Counted from the first letter of the stretch, positions 1 to 9,138 are shown. The stretch: 21,863 nucleotides of DNA from an uncultured bacterium (GCA_965369865.1 CBDURU010000056.1:1-21863); one strand, 5' to 3'. Numbers and translations: made by a program. The notes: a model not told the origin generated them from the letters alone.

Positions 1-105
1 ACCCATAAGCTCAAATAAAAAATTCTCTTATAATCTTCTCTGGTTCCTTTAATCGAATATGGCAAATCCTGAGTGCCTGGTTAAACGCGTATGGGCGGCA
101 CCCGG
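1..105. repeat. Repeat element, copy 1: conserved arms around a variable interior
   Basis: Left arm ACCCATAAGCTCA (1-13) and right arm CGCGTATGGGCGGCACCCGG (86-105) recur at 21761-21773 and 21844-21863. CCCATAAGC (2-10) and GCGTATGGG (87-95) are an imperfect inverted pair. Confidence 0.7.
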
Positions 106-139
106 GGTGATATGACTCACTGAATATGTTACTTAATAC

Positions 140-430
140 TTAGCCCGATCCCTCATCCTTTACCAGCCAGATTTTATCTCCGGGGCGGACTTTTTCGGGT
201 GTTTTGAACGCAACCTTCTCGCCTGCATTTCCAACCTCCACCGGCTCCTCCGCATCGTTTCTTATACCCTCGACGGTCATCACGAACTCGGTGGTAGCCC
301 CCTTGACCTCGATTTTATCCCCGTTTGAGATTTCCTCTGAAAGTTCAACAACAGCCACCATGGGTTTACCGTAATAATGGGTAACCTCCCCGACAGGTTC
401 TGTCGCATCGTATCCACTAGAGCTGCACAT
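140..430 (-). CDS. Small translation-elongation-factor-like / U32 peptidase C-terminal-like beta-barrel protein
   Basis: Pattern VGEVTHYY.K..VAVVEL...I..GD.I.VKG.TT.F...V...K..EKVRPGD.I. SD GAGGAGG lies 9 nt upstream of the ATG at 430. Confidence 0.7.
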   Translation of the reverse strand: MCSSSGYDATEPVGEVTHYYGKPMVAVVELSEEISNGDKIEVKGATTEFVMTVEGIRNDAEEPVEVGNAGEKVAFKTPEKVRPGDKIWLVKDEGSG

Positions 431-701
431 TATCAACTTCCTCCTCTAAGTTTGATATTAATTAGTTTACCACATGGAAAGAAAAATGTGTACAGGCAAT
501 TTTTACATTCAAGAGTTGTTGAGTGTGGTGGTTCATTGCACGAAAAAAGCTGCCGATCCCCAATTTATTTAGAACGGTTCTGCTGAAATTCACGATCAGG
601 ATTCATGGTCCTTCCTAAAAAAACTAATAAATATTGGCTTACAGATGTCAGGTTTTGCTCTTCCCGTACGTTGTACTGTTAAACACCGGATAAGGTGAAT
701 A

Positions 702-2813
702 ATGTCCAGAAATAAAAACCAACTCCTTAAGACGCGTGCTGAAGGGTACCTGAAAACCGCGCTCGCGAATCCATCGGCTGAATTTCACGACGGGCAATGG
801 GAGGCTATCGAAGCCCTTTGTATCGATCATGGCCGGGTGCTGGTGGTGCAGCGTACGGGATGGGGCAAAAGCATGGTTTTTTTCATCGCGACCAAATTGC
901 TCCGTGAATCGGGTAAAGGGCCGACAATCCTCATTTCACCCCTGCTTTCATTGATGCGGAACCAGATTGGATCCGATGCCGCTGTAAATATAGGCCTTCG
1001 AACCGGCTCGATCACCTCGGAGAATAAACCGGATTGGGATAAAGTGATCGCGAGGCTCGGCGCGGGCGATATCGATTTGCTGCTTTTGTCGCCGGAGCGG
1101 TTGGGAAACGTGGATTTCCAGGAGAATGTCCTGCTCCCAATGATCGAAAATATTGGGCTCTTCGTTGTAGATGAAGCTCACTGTATATCGGACTGGGGTC
1201 ATGATTTCCGTCCGGATTACCTGCGCATTACCAGGATAATTAACCTCCTCCCGCCGAACTCGCCGGTTCTTGCGCTCACCGCTACCGCGAATGACCGTGT
1301 AGTGGAAGATATTGTCAACCAGTTTGGCGAAAATCTTGTCGTGATGCGAGGTCCGCTTATCAGGCACAGCCTGTCCCTTCAAAATATCGAGCTGCAGTAC
1401 AAGAGCGAACGGATGGCCTGGCTGGCTGATAAACTTCCTAAAATTGATGGGTGCGGGATAATTTACACTCTGACCAAGCGCGACTCGGAACGCCTGGCAG
1501 AATGGTTGAGAATCAACGGGATTAACGCCCAGGCATATCATTCCGACCTGAAAGACATCCGTCCTGAACTCGAGCGTAAGCTGTTGAATAATCAAATCAA
1601 GGTCCTCGTGGCTACTGTCGCGCTGGGGATGGGATTTGACAAGCCCGACCTGGGCTTCGTGATCCACTTCCAGCGTCCGGGCTCGGTCGTTCATTATTAC
1701 CAGCAGGTCGGACGTGCCGGACGTCAGATCGAAAACGCCTATGGGATCCTGCTGAGCGGCAATGAGGATGATGAGATTACCGATTATTTCATCCGGTCGG
1801 CTTTCCCGCCAGAGGAACATGTACGCCAGATCCTCAGCGCGTTGGAGGCTTCGGAGGAGGGTCTGAATTACAGGGAATTAAGCAGGTGTGTGAATCTTAA
1901 TTATTCACAATTTGAAAAGGTCCTTAGAATCCTTTCGGTCCAGGCGAACGCGCCGGTTATTTACCGCGATAAACGATGGCACCGGACGGTAAATCCGTAT
2001 GAGATCGATGTAGAAATGGTCAGGGGAATCACCGAGCATCGACGTCGGGAACAGAAAACAATGCTCGAGTACATTAAAACCGACCGGTGCCTGATGCAGT
2101 TTCTTGCCGAAGAACTTAACGATCCGTACGCCGTGCCGTGCGGAAGGTGTGCCAGTTGTCTCGGGAAACCCCTTCTGGATGTTTCTTGTCCTGAAGAGCT
2201 GGTCAGGAAAGCGATTGAGTTTTTAAAAAATTCTGATATCGCGATTGGGCCGAGAAAGAAATTACCCGATTATAAGAACATAAACAAAGCCTTGCTTGCA
2301 CAAGAAGGACGCGCGCTGTGCATGTGGGGGGATCCGGGATGGGGTAAAATGTTACGGAACGGCAAGAAATCAGGTTTCATACCGGATGCGCTTGTAAATG
2401 GGGTCGCGGAAATGATTCTTAAAAGATGGAAACCCGATCCGTTTCCATCGTGGATCGCCTGTGTGCCGTCACTGAATAACCCGGAACTGGTGCCGAATTT
2501 CGCCGAGCGGCTTTCGAAGAAGCTTGGTATTCCGTACAGGGACTGTATCAGAAAAGTCCGCAAAACCCAGCCTCAGAAACAAATGCAAAACAGCCATCAG
2601 CAGTACCGGAATATAAAAAATGCGTTTAAACTGGAATACCGTCCCGATGAATTTTACTCTCCGGTACTTCTCGTTGACGATTTGATTGACTCAAGATGGA
2701 CAATGACTTTCATCGCGGCATTGCTTAAAACAAAAGGCTCAGGTAATGTTTACCCGATGGCTGTTTCGGTATCGACGCCGTCGTACTATTCTTCGGATAA
2801 AAATGTCCAATAA
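702..2813 (+). CDS. RecQ-family SF2 DNA helicase with C-terminal ComF/phosphoribosyltransferase-like domain
   Basis: Motif I QRTGWGKS, II VVDEAHCISDWGHDFRPDY, III LTATA, V VATVALGMGFDKPD, VI YYQQVGRAGR. Zn-binding C...CGRCASC. C-terminal CVPS...QK.MQNS...VLLVDDLIDSRWTM (PRPP-loop-like). Confidence 0.9.
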   Translation: MSRNKNQLLKTRAEGYLKTALANPSAEFHDGQWEAIEALCIDHGRVLVVQRTGWGKSMVFFIATKLLRESGKGPTILISPLLSLMRNQIGSDAAVNIGLRTGSITSENKPDWDKVIARLGAGDIDLLLLSPERLGNVDFQENVLLPMIENIGLFVVDEAHCISDWGHDFRPDYLRITRIINLLPPNSPVLALTATANDRVVEDIVNQFGENLVVMRGPLIRHSLSLQNIELQYKSERMAWLADKLPKIDGCGIIYTLTKRDSERLAEWLRINGINAQAYHSDLKDIRPELERKLLNNQIKVLVATVALGMGFDKPDLGFVIHFQRPGSVVHYYQQVGRAGRQIENAYGILLSGNEDDEITDYFIRSAFPPEEHVRQILSALEASEEGLNYRELSRCVNLNYSQFEKVLRILSVQANAPVIYRDKRWHRTVNPYEIDVEMVRGITEHRRREQKTMLEYIKTDRCLMQFLAEELNDPYAVPCGRCASCLGKPLLDVSCPEELVRKAIEFLKNSDIAIGPRKKLPDYKNINKALLAQEGRALCMWGDPGWGKMLRNGKKSGFIPDALVNGVAEMILKRWKPDPFPSWIACVPSLNNPELVPNFAERLSKKLGIPYRDCIRKVRKTQPQKQMQNSHQQYRNIKNAFKLEYRPDEFYSPVLLVDDLIDSRWTMTFIAALLKTKGSGNVYPMAVSVSTPSYYSSDKNVQ

Positions 2814-3831
2814 CGATCAACATTTAACCACCGAAACCAGTATTACGCTTCTCCTCTGTTCCAACCTGGTAGGTAATGGAACTGACGCGAAATCCCTTGG
2901 CCCATCCGAATTCGGTTGGCTTCTCCGGTATTTGGAGGAGTCCGGACACGTTCTCAATGGCCTGGTCGCGGATGGAAATGAAGAATTAATTAACAAACTT
3001 CAGCACAGGAATATTAACCCGACCAGGCTTGGCGCACTTCTCGATCGTGGCGCCTCAATCGCGGTAGCACTCGAGAATCTCACCAATTCCGGTATCTGGG
3101 TACTCAGTCGACTTGATGGGACATACCCGTCGCGGCTGAACGAACGCCTTGGCGATACCGCTCCAACATTGTTATACGGGGTGGGAGATCAAGAAATGCT
3201 TTCATCCGGTGGACTGACGATTGTCGGTTCACGCGATGTCGATGAGGCCGGGGTGGAATTTACCAGGCTTGCGGCTTCATTATGCGCCGGTGATGATATT
3301 ACCGTGATTTCGGGGGGCGCGCGTGGAGTGGACCAGGTTTCCATGCAGAGTGCATCGGCGGATGGCGGTAAGGTGATAGGGGTTCTTGCATCGAACCTTG
3401 CCGGAGCCGCGGTAAAGCGTGAAACCCGGGTGGGAATTATGGAGAGCAGGCTGTGCCTCGTTTCACCCTGGAATCCGAATGCCGGGTTCAATATCGGAAA
3501 TGCCATGGGACGGAACAAGCATATGTACGCTCTGGGTGACTGGGCTTTGGTTGTAAGTTCCGATTTAAATAAGGGAGGGACGTGGTCGGGGGCAACTGAA
3601 TGTCTAAGGTCCGGGTTTGGAGTTCCGGTATTTGTGCGGATCGATGATGATATCCCGGCTGGTAACAGGGAATTGATCGCGAAAGGGGGAATTCCAGTCG
3701 GCATTGATGAGTTAAAATCAACATCTTCATTGCGTGAATTAATGAACGATAAATCAAGGGAGTCGGAACCTCAGAAATCGGAAGTTGAACCCGGGGGAAA
3801 GGACGAGCAGATGAAGATGTTCAATTCCTGA
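2803..3831 (+). CDS. dprA: DprA/Smf-family DNA-processing protein
   Basis: YP.RL...LG..AP.LLY..G, IVGSR, ISGGARGVD, AMGRNK..YAL, GGTWSGA. The likely start is ATG 2803 (MSNND), overlapping the helicase 3' end by 11 nt. Confidence 0.88.
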   Translation: MSNNDQHLTTETSITLLLCSNLVGNGTDAKSLGPSEFGWLLRYLEESGHVLNGLVADGNEELINKLQHRNINPTRLGALLDRGASIAVALENLTNSGIWVLSRLDGTYPSRLNERLGDTAPTLLYGVGDQEMLSSGGLTIVGSRDVDEAGVEFTRLAASLCAGDDITVISGGARGVDQVSMQSASADGGKVIGVLASNLAGAAVKRETRVGIMESRLCLVSPWNPNAGFNIGNAMGRNKHMYALGDWALVVSSDLNKGGTWSGATECLRSGFGVPVFVRIDDDIPAGNRELIAKGGIPVGIDELKSTSSLRELMNDKSRESEPQKSEVEPGGKDEQMKMFNS

Positions 3832-3858
3832 TTTAATCGGAAATGGAAAAGCCGGCAA

Positions 3859-5028
3859 TTATTCACCCTGTTCCACAAGAACCATCGCGTCCGGACCGTC
3901 ACCGGTTTGCAACTCCGCCAAAACCTCACCCGTAAGAGGTTCGAGAAGGTAAAGCCTGTCGGTATTGAAATTAGTTGCGAGAATTAATCCCGGCAGCGCC
4001 ACTAACGATGACGCGTAGCTGAGTGAGATTCCATAGGTCGGTAAATTAAAATTCTCAAGGACCTCACCCGTTTTCAAATCCACCCGAAGAATACTGCTGT
4101 CCAATCCATTTTCAAGGAACAGGATATCATCCGCTCCAATTTCACCACCGAATGGGGAGCCGTCAACTTCAATTACCTGGAAAATTTCACCCGAATTCAG
4201 GTCGATGCTTTCCACGATCCCATTCCCTTTAAAGCCTTCCTCAATTGTGTGGTCTCCAGCGGACATTACGATCAGGCGTTCGGGAAATCTCGGGCTGTGG
4301 ATTACCTGGGTTGTATCGCGACCGGAAAGTTCGATAACACTGGAAATTTCACAGGCTGGAAGTGCGATCTCGATCACAATACCCTGTCCGCCCGCTTCAT
4401 GCATGGAGTTCAGATTCGAGCATGCTGCAAATGCCTTGTTATCCACAATTACGATCCCACCGGGCCTGGCATATGTTGGATCGGGAGTATCGCTCGGGAG
4501 ATCGTTGGCATCGGGAAGGATTATTGATTTAAGAATTTGATTTTCAGGTGATGCGCCAGAATCGAGATCGACCAGTAACACTTCGTTTGAAAGGTAACAT
4601 GTAACAAGTGCTGTCGAATCGGTAACGAACGCCATGAATTTCGGATTTGTCCCGGCTCCTGTGCTTATCTCGTGAATTATTGTCAATAAGGCAGGGTCGA
4701 CCACCTGGATAGAGTTGGACAGCGAGTTAACGATGTAACAGAGGCCATCATGCAAAACCATATGGCTTGGTGCGATCCCGGTCTGCAGGACGTCCTGGGT
4801 CACATTCCAAACACCATTCGTACGTTCAACATGGGTAATATTTTCCGAAAGCCCGTTGGCTATAAAAATTTTGTAATCCCGGCCGTCATCATCGGCGGAA
4901 ACCGGCGGTTGCGCGTTGATATCGGCAGCGGGTGGAAATATTCCCGATCCTTTCCCGACCGTACATCCGTTGATTAAAAGAATTACGAGAATTATAAGAA
5001 TTTGTAACCTGTGGCGGGATCCCATCAT
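3859..5028 (-). CDS. YncE/YVTN-type beta-propeller lipoprotein (BtuG-like candidate cobalamin-binding protein)
   Basis: Lipobox LLING-C. Propeller blades YIVNSLSNSIQVVD, ISTGAGTNP, VTCYLSNEVLLVD, TNFNTDRLYLL, TGDGPD. Start abuts the receptor's stop codon. Confidence 0.75.
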   Translation of the reverse strand: MMGSRHRLQILIILVILLINGCTVGKGSGIFPPAADINAQPPVSADDDGRDYKIFIANGLSENITHVERTNGVWNVTQDVLQTGIAPSHMVLHDGLCYIVNSLSNSIQVVDPALLTIIHEISTGAGTNPKFMAFVTDSTALVTCYLSNEVLLVDLDSGASPENQILKSIILPDANDLPSDTPDPTYARPGGIVIVDNKAFAACSNLNSMHEAGGQGIVIEIALPACEISSVIELSGRDTTQVIHSPRFPERLIVMSAGDHTIEEGFKGNGIVESIDLNSGEIFQVIEVDGSPFGGEIGADDILFLENGLDSSILRVDLKTGEVLENFNLPTYGISLSYASSLVALPGLILATNFNTDRLYLLEPLTGEVLAELQTGDGPDAMVLVEQGE

Positions 5029-6975
5029 TTAGAACTCCCCCTTTACCGTCAGGAAATATGCCCGGCCCGGAAGCGGGAAACCTCTGACATCGGTCAAATG
5101 ATTATCAAGGAGGTTCTTAATCTCAAACATCAATGAAGTTCCCGAATTGAAGTTGTATCCAAGCCCGATTCCCATCGACTCATCAGGCGCGAGGAACCTT
5201 GTACCCGATGGCGTTACCGGTATCACCCCTCGCCGTTCCCAGTTACAGAAGGCTTCCCAGTTATTCCGATGCCACCTTAACTCAGTATAAATTTCACTCG
5301 ATGGCTGTCCTACCAGCGGCATCCCGGCATGAGTCGGATCACCTGATATATCGACAGCCCTGGTTCGCGTGTAACTTGCCCTCAGTTCAAGTTCACGATC
5401 GATCACCCAATCGGTCGAAAATTCAAACCCGCTCGACCTCACACGCCCGATATTAAACGGCTTCCACCTGAACCCGGATATCAACAGGTAATCGATCAGG
5501 TCTTTAGTCTGGAGATTGAAATAAACAGCCTCGAATCTGATTCGATTTTCAGTATGTGTAATGCCGATGTCGAAACCGAGCGTCCGTTCATTTACAAGAT
5601 CCGGATTACCGATCACGAACCCTTCGTTCCGATACAGTTCCTCGAATGACGGAGAACGGAAATCCAATCCGAAATTCGTGCGTGCTATCCATGAATCGGA
5701 GATCGGATATTTCAGGCCAATTTCAGGACTCAGAATTGTATCTCCATCAACCCGATCGCACCGGACAGCTCCTGATATTACCCCGTTTGATGGAAGGTAG
5801 AATTCATCACGAACCCAGGCCGCGAATGTACTCCTTGAAGAATTATCATATTCAGTTCCATCCACCGATTCCAGTGCGATCGAAAACCCAAATGTCAGAA
5901 TGTCGCTTGAGGTAAAACCGGCACCTGTCAGTTCGGCTGTCGATTCGTAACGCTTATGAATCCATGATGTCGCAAGGGGTACTCCGGTCGATTCCCCAAG
6001 TTCATCCAGAAAATTACGCGACTGACGTAACCACGCGAATGTCACATCCATGTTCCAGTCACCGAAACCCGGATCGAGATATGTACCCTGGATAAATGTA
6101 CGGGTATCGGTCTGTGACGCGTGATGGCTCGGGAATGTCGTTATTCCCGGAATACCTTTCCGGCTCCTGTACCATTCCGCCGAGATCCCAAGCGTCCTTC
6201 TGTTACCGAGATTCCAGGTATGGCCATACCGTGTTTCAAATGCTGTAAATTCATTATTGACACGGGTATCGGTAAAATCGTCGCCTGTATCAAAAAAAGT
6301 CCCATTATCGTTATGGAAATCGAAATCCCCGCGCGAACCGGCCAGTTCGAAATGAAAAAGATCGTTTGAATCCCGCCATGTGAATCCTGAGGTTACGGTT
6401 CCGAAACTACCGGCGGATATTCGTCCGGTGATTTGCGTTCCGTCCCGTTCATCAATCGAAAGGCTTGTCAACCGGACTATCCCTCCGACCGCGCCACCGC
6501 CATGAAACGCTCCCTCACCCCCCCTGATAATTTCAATTCTCTCGAGGGAATCGAGCGGTATGTCGCTAAGGTCTACCGAACCGCCTGCCGGATTTAAAGG
6601 AACGCCGTCAAGCGTAACCAGGACATTTTCGCTCCCCAGACCGCGAATGGAAATTGTCGAGAGTGCCCCGAGTCCACCGAACGACCTGACAGACACCCCC
6701 GGAACAGAATCGAGTACTTCGGGAAGTGTGATCGACCGCCTGCTCAGCTCCTGCGGATCGAGAACAGTAGCGAAAGCTGTCGGACGGTCGATGATTTCAT
6801 CTGTTTCAAGATAAGTTTCCTCTACATAAATTACGCCGAGGTCGATTATTTCGTTTTCGGTCTCGATCACATCCGATGAATCTTCGGATTCGGCCTGGTC
6901 CTGTGCAAAAACTTCCGCACATGTAAATACAAGCAGGAGGAGAAAGATCAATATGAAATTTACAATCGGTTTCAT
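5029..6975 (-). CDS. btuB: TonB-dependent outer-membrane receptor, BtuB-like (cobalamin)
   Basis: Signal peptide from MKPIVNF (ATG 6975). Plug motifs VPGVSVRSFGGLG..STISIRG...VLVTLDGVPLN and LERIEIIRG. Barrel C-terminus NLLD...GFPLPGRAYFLTVKGEF ends in Phe. B12 specificity is inferred from the upstream riboswitch. Confidence 0.85.
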   Translation of the reverse strand: MKPIVNFILIFLLLLVFTCAEVFAQDQAESEDSSDVIETENEIIDLGVIYVEETYLETDEIIDRPTAFATVLDPQELSRRSITLPEVLDSVPGVSVRSFGGLGALSTISIRGLGSENVLVTLDGVPLNPAGGSVDLSDIPLDSLERIEIIRGGEGAFHGGGAVGGIVRLTSLSIDERDGTQITGRISAGSFGTVTSGFTWRDSNDLFHFELAGSRGDFDFHNDNGTFFDTGDDFTDTRVNNEFTAFETRYGHTWNLGNRRTLGISAEWYRSRKGIPGITTFPSHHASQTDTRTFIQGTYLDPGFGDWNMDVTFAWLRQSRNFLDELGESTGVPLATSWIHKRYESTAELTGAGFTSSDILTFGFSIALESVDGTEYDNSSRSTFAAWVRDEFYLPSNGVISGAVRCDRVDGDTILSPEIGLKYPISDSWIARTNFGLDFRSPSFEELYRNEGFVIGNPDLVNERTLGFDIGITHTENRIRFEAVYFNLQTKDLIDYLLISGFRWKPFNIGRVRSSGFEFSTDWVIDRELELRASYTRTRAVDISGDPTHAGMPLVGQPSSEIYTELRWHRNNWEAFCNWERRGVIPVTPSGTRFLAPDESMGIGLGYNFNSGTSLMFEIKNLLDNHLTDVRGFPLPGRAYFLTVKGEF

Positions 6976-6989
6976 TTGACCACTCAAGT

Positions 6990-9059
6990 TCAAAGTACGG
7001 AGAGTCTGCTTGCCGAATGCACCGCTGCTACTGCGTCGCCATCGAACCCGGCCTTGTTCGGTATCGCGCCAAGCGGAGAGACGTTTCCGAAACATAAAAT
7101 CAGATCGCCATCGCTGTCATACTGCTCGGTACCCGGATAATCCACATCCCCGGTGTCGATTATTCGCACAAACCGGCACCATGAAAGTCCGACATCCGCA
7201 AGATCGAATGAGTTTCCACCGGCCGATTGCGGGTCCGTAGGATCAATGCCACCTGTCAATGTTCCATCGGGATTAACATCGGAATATGTTGGCCAGTTAC
7301 CTGCAAGCCCGGTAAAGCTGGATGTGTCCATATAAATCTGGGCTATGCACGATTCATTCGCGGGATTGTAATCGAATGGGTAACGATGCCACTCTACACC
7401 ATCCTGGCTGACCTCAACAATCGCGGTTTCATTGGCTACAGCATAGCGGGTGTCGCCGTACCAGTCGCAGCCCGATCCATTCACGATAAACGCATTTTCG
7501 AAAACGATCAGGTCGTCGCCAGGGCCATCGACGATTACATTATCGATAAATTCAAGGGTCGCGACACCCCCGTACCCGAGTGAACAGACATCCAGCCCAC
7601 CGCTTCCACCCGCACCGTGCGGCGGTCCAAGAAATTTTTCGGGTTGTGTGAAAGTGTCCCCCTCTTCATTCAAAGCCCCGAATTGAACCGATATGCCATC
7701 CGCGAATGGGTCTTCGCAATACAGGATAGCTTCGTAAATTGATGATTCAATATCAGCGGTCACTATCGCGGTACCACCCCACCATTTGGGCGTTTCACGT
7801 GAAGCGTGGCCGTTCTGATCGATGATTGCTAATGCGTTTCCGTTCAAATCCGTTCCAGTGATATCCCAGTCAATACCCTCTGTAATCGGACTTTTCGAGC
7901 CATCACTGTAAAATCCTGTCAGTTCGAACTTCGTCTGTTCACCTGGTTCGGAAAGGGTAGCTGCATTCGGGTTGATTTCAATTTTCAAAAGAGTGGGAAT
8001 CTGATCGGTGACAGTTATTTCCATAAGCTGGAATGTCGCCAGCGCATCGTTTTCAGGATTGTTTAATTCATCCCGGATACAGATAAGTCCCGTGTATGTC
8101 CCTGGTTCGGCGCCATTCTGGTTTGAAACCTGGCTTGAGTAAATCGTCATTCCATTTTCAATGGCAAACTGTGCTGGTACTGGAAGCGGCATCAGGTCTG
8201 GTATTTCGATACTTACATCTGCCAGCGGTCCGTCGTTTTGCCAATCGTGAAATCCAATCCAGACATCGATCATCGATCCCGGCAGTGGATTGAGTGTCCC
8301 CGATACATGGGTAATCACATCGAAAGCTTCATTACAATGCGGGCTGAGAGCGGGATTATCGGGATCGACCATTTCGGGAGGCAACCATGACGCATCAAGT
8401 ACAAAATCAAATTGTACCGGTCCGGACTCCGATAAATTAATGATCACAGTGCTTTCACTCGATTCGCCGGATGAAAATCTTCGCTCCGGATCGTCGGTTT
8501 CGAAATCGATAAACCCGTTGATATCCGCCCATGGTTCACAAGTCCAGCGTATCGTGTATCCACCCGCATTCTGAAGTGTTGTTGAAACCGAACCTGAATC
8601 GAATGCAGGCAGCGTCGGATCGGGCGGTCCCAGAATCACAGCCTTGAGGTCAAACACATCCAGGTCGGAATTACCCGGTACTGGATGATCGAGAACAATG
8701 TCGCACTGGAGATTTTCACCGGGATTCAGGATCACATTTTTTATCGAGAGACACGATGGGCACATCGGGATTTCGAGTAACTGGGTGATGTCCAGGTGAA
8801 TTGACGCCTCTCTCCCGGAGGTTAAAGAATATTCAAGGGTTTCAGGATCGATTTCGACATGCCATAAGCCCAGGATATACCGATCTGAAGTGATACTTTG
8901 GCTGAGATCCGGGCCATCGGATAATTCCTGGTTCGAAATATTTAAATCCGGATGAACCGGCACATCGGTCGAGCAGCCAAACAACATCAATCCGGCAAAA
9001 AAACCGATCGCGATTAAAGTTGCTGGAAATAAATTCGGGGGGTGAGTTACCTGTAACAA
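6990..9059 (-). CDS. Multidomain surface lipoprotein (N-terminal shared domain, Ig-like domain, C-terminal 'cell surface protein' domain)
   Basis: Probable TTG start at 9059 after SD AGGGAG. Lipobox LMLFG-C. Ig/Big_2-like segment IEINP...G...F...G.YSDGS...W. C-terminal SLGYGG...DGPGDDLIVFENAF...VEVSQDG..W...FDLADVGL...FVRIID...GFDGDAV. Confidence 0.75.
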   Translation of the reverse strand: MLQVTHPPNLFPATLIAIGFFAGLMLFGCSTDVPVHPDLNISNQELSDGPDLSQSITSDRYILGLWHVEIDPETLEYSLTSGREASIHLDITQLLEIPMCPSCLSIKNVILNPGENLQCDIVLDHPVPGNSDLDVFDLKAVILGPPDPTLPAFDSGSVSTTLQNAGGYTIRWTCEPWADINGFIDFETDDPERRFSSGESSESTVIINLSESGPVQFDFVLDASWLPPEMVDPDNPALSPHCNEAFDVITHVSGTLNPLPGSMIDVWIGFHDWQNDGPLADVSIEIPDLMPLPVPAQFAIENGMTIYSSQVSNQNGAEPGTYTGLICIRDELNNPENDALATFQLMEITVTDQIPTLLKIEINPNAATLSEPGEQTKFELTGFYSDGSKSPITEGIDWDITGTDLNGNALAIIDQNGHASRETPKWWGGTAIVTADIESSIYEAILYCEDPFADGISVQFGALNEEGDTFTQPEKFLGPPHGAGGSGGLDVCSLGYGGVATLEFIDNVIVDGPGDDLIVFENAFIVNGSGCDWYGDTRYAVANETAIVEVSQDGVEWHRYPFDYNPANESCIAQIYMDTSSFTGLAGNWPTYSDVNPDGTLTGGIDPTDPQSAGGNSFDLADVGLSWCRFVRIIDTGDVDYPGTEQYDSDGDLILCFGNVSPLGAIPNKAGFDGDAVAAVHSASRLSVL

Positions 9060-9100
9060 TTCTGGCTCCCTTACGGGTCCATGGCCCGTAGCTGGACTTA

Positions 9101-9138
9101 TCCGCCGAAGCCCCGAGTTTACGAGGGGCGTAGGCGGA
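9101..9138. repeat. 38-bp imperfect palindrome (REP-like), copy A
   Basis: TCCGCCGAAGCCCCGAGTTTACGAGGGGCGTAGGCGGA, with stems TCCGCC/GGCGGA and GCCCC/GGGGC. 36/38 identical to 9196-9233. Confidence 0.85.

Noticed and set aside
1..105. Canonical CRISPR array or integron attC at the ends
   Set aside because: Only one unit per end is visible, interiors are ~70 nt, and no cas or intI gene is present. A GTTAAAC at 80-86 has no matching RYYYAAC box and is absent from copy 2.
571..581. AGAACGGTTCT as a Gram-positive-type SOS box upstream of the helicase
   Set aside because: The spacing is GAAC-N1-GTTC rather than N4, and there is no counterpart upstream of lexA.
948..1820. 290-aa antisense ORF, and the other short ORFs overlapping called genes
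   Set aside because: They are shadow frames of well-supported genes and have no recognisable motifs.
2746..2802. Upstream start for DprA given by the ORF track
   Set aside because: The extension MFTRWLFRYRRRR lies inside the helicase gene. ATG 2803 gives a typical coupled overlap.
6976..7095. N-terminal extension of the TonB receptor
   Set aside because: It overlaps the upstream gene, and the signal peptide begins at ATG 6975.
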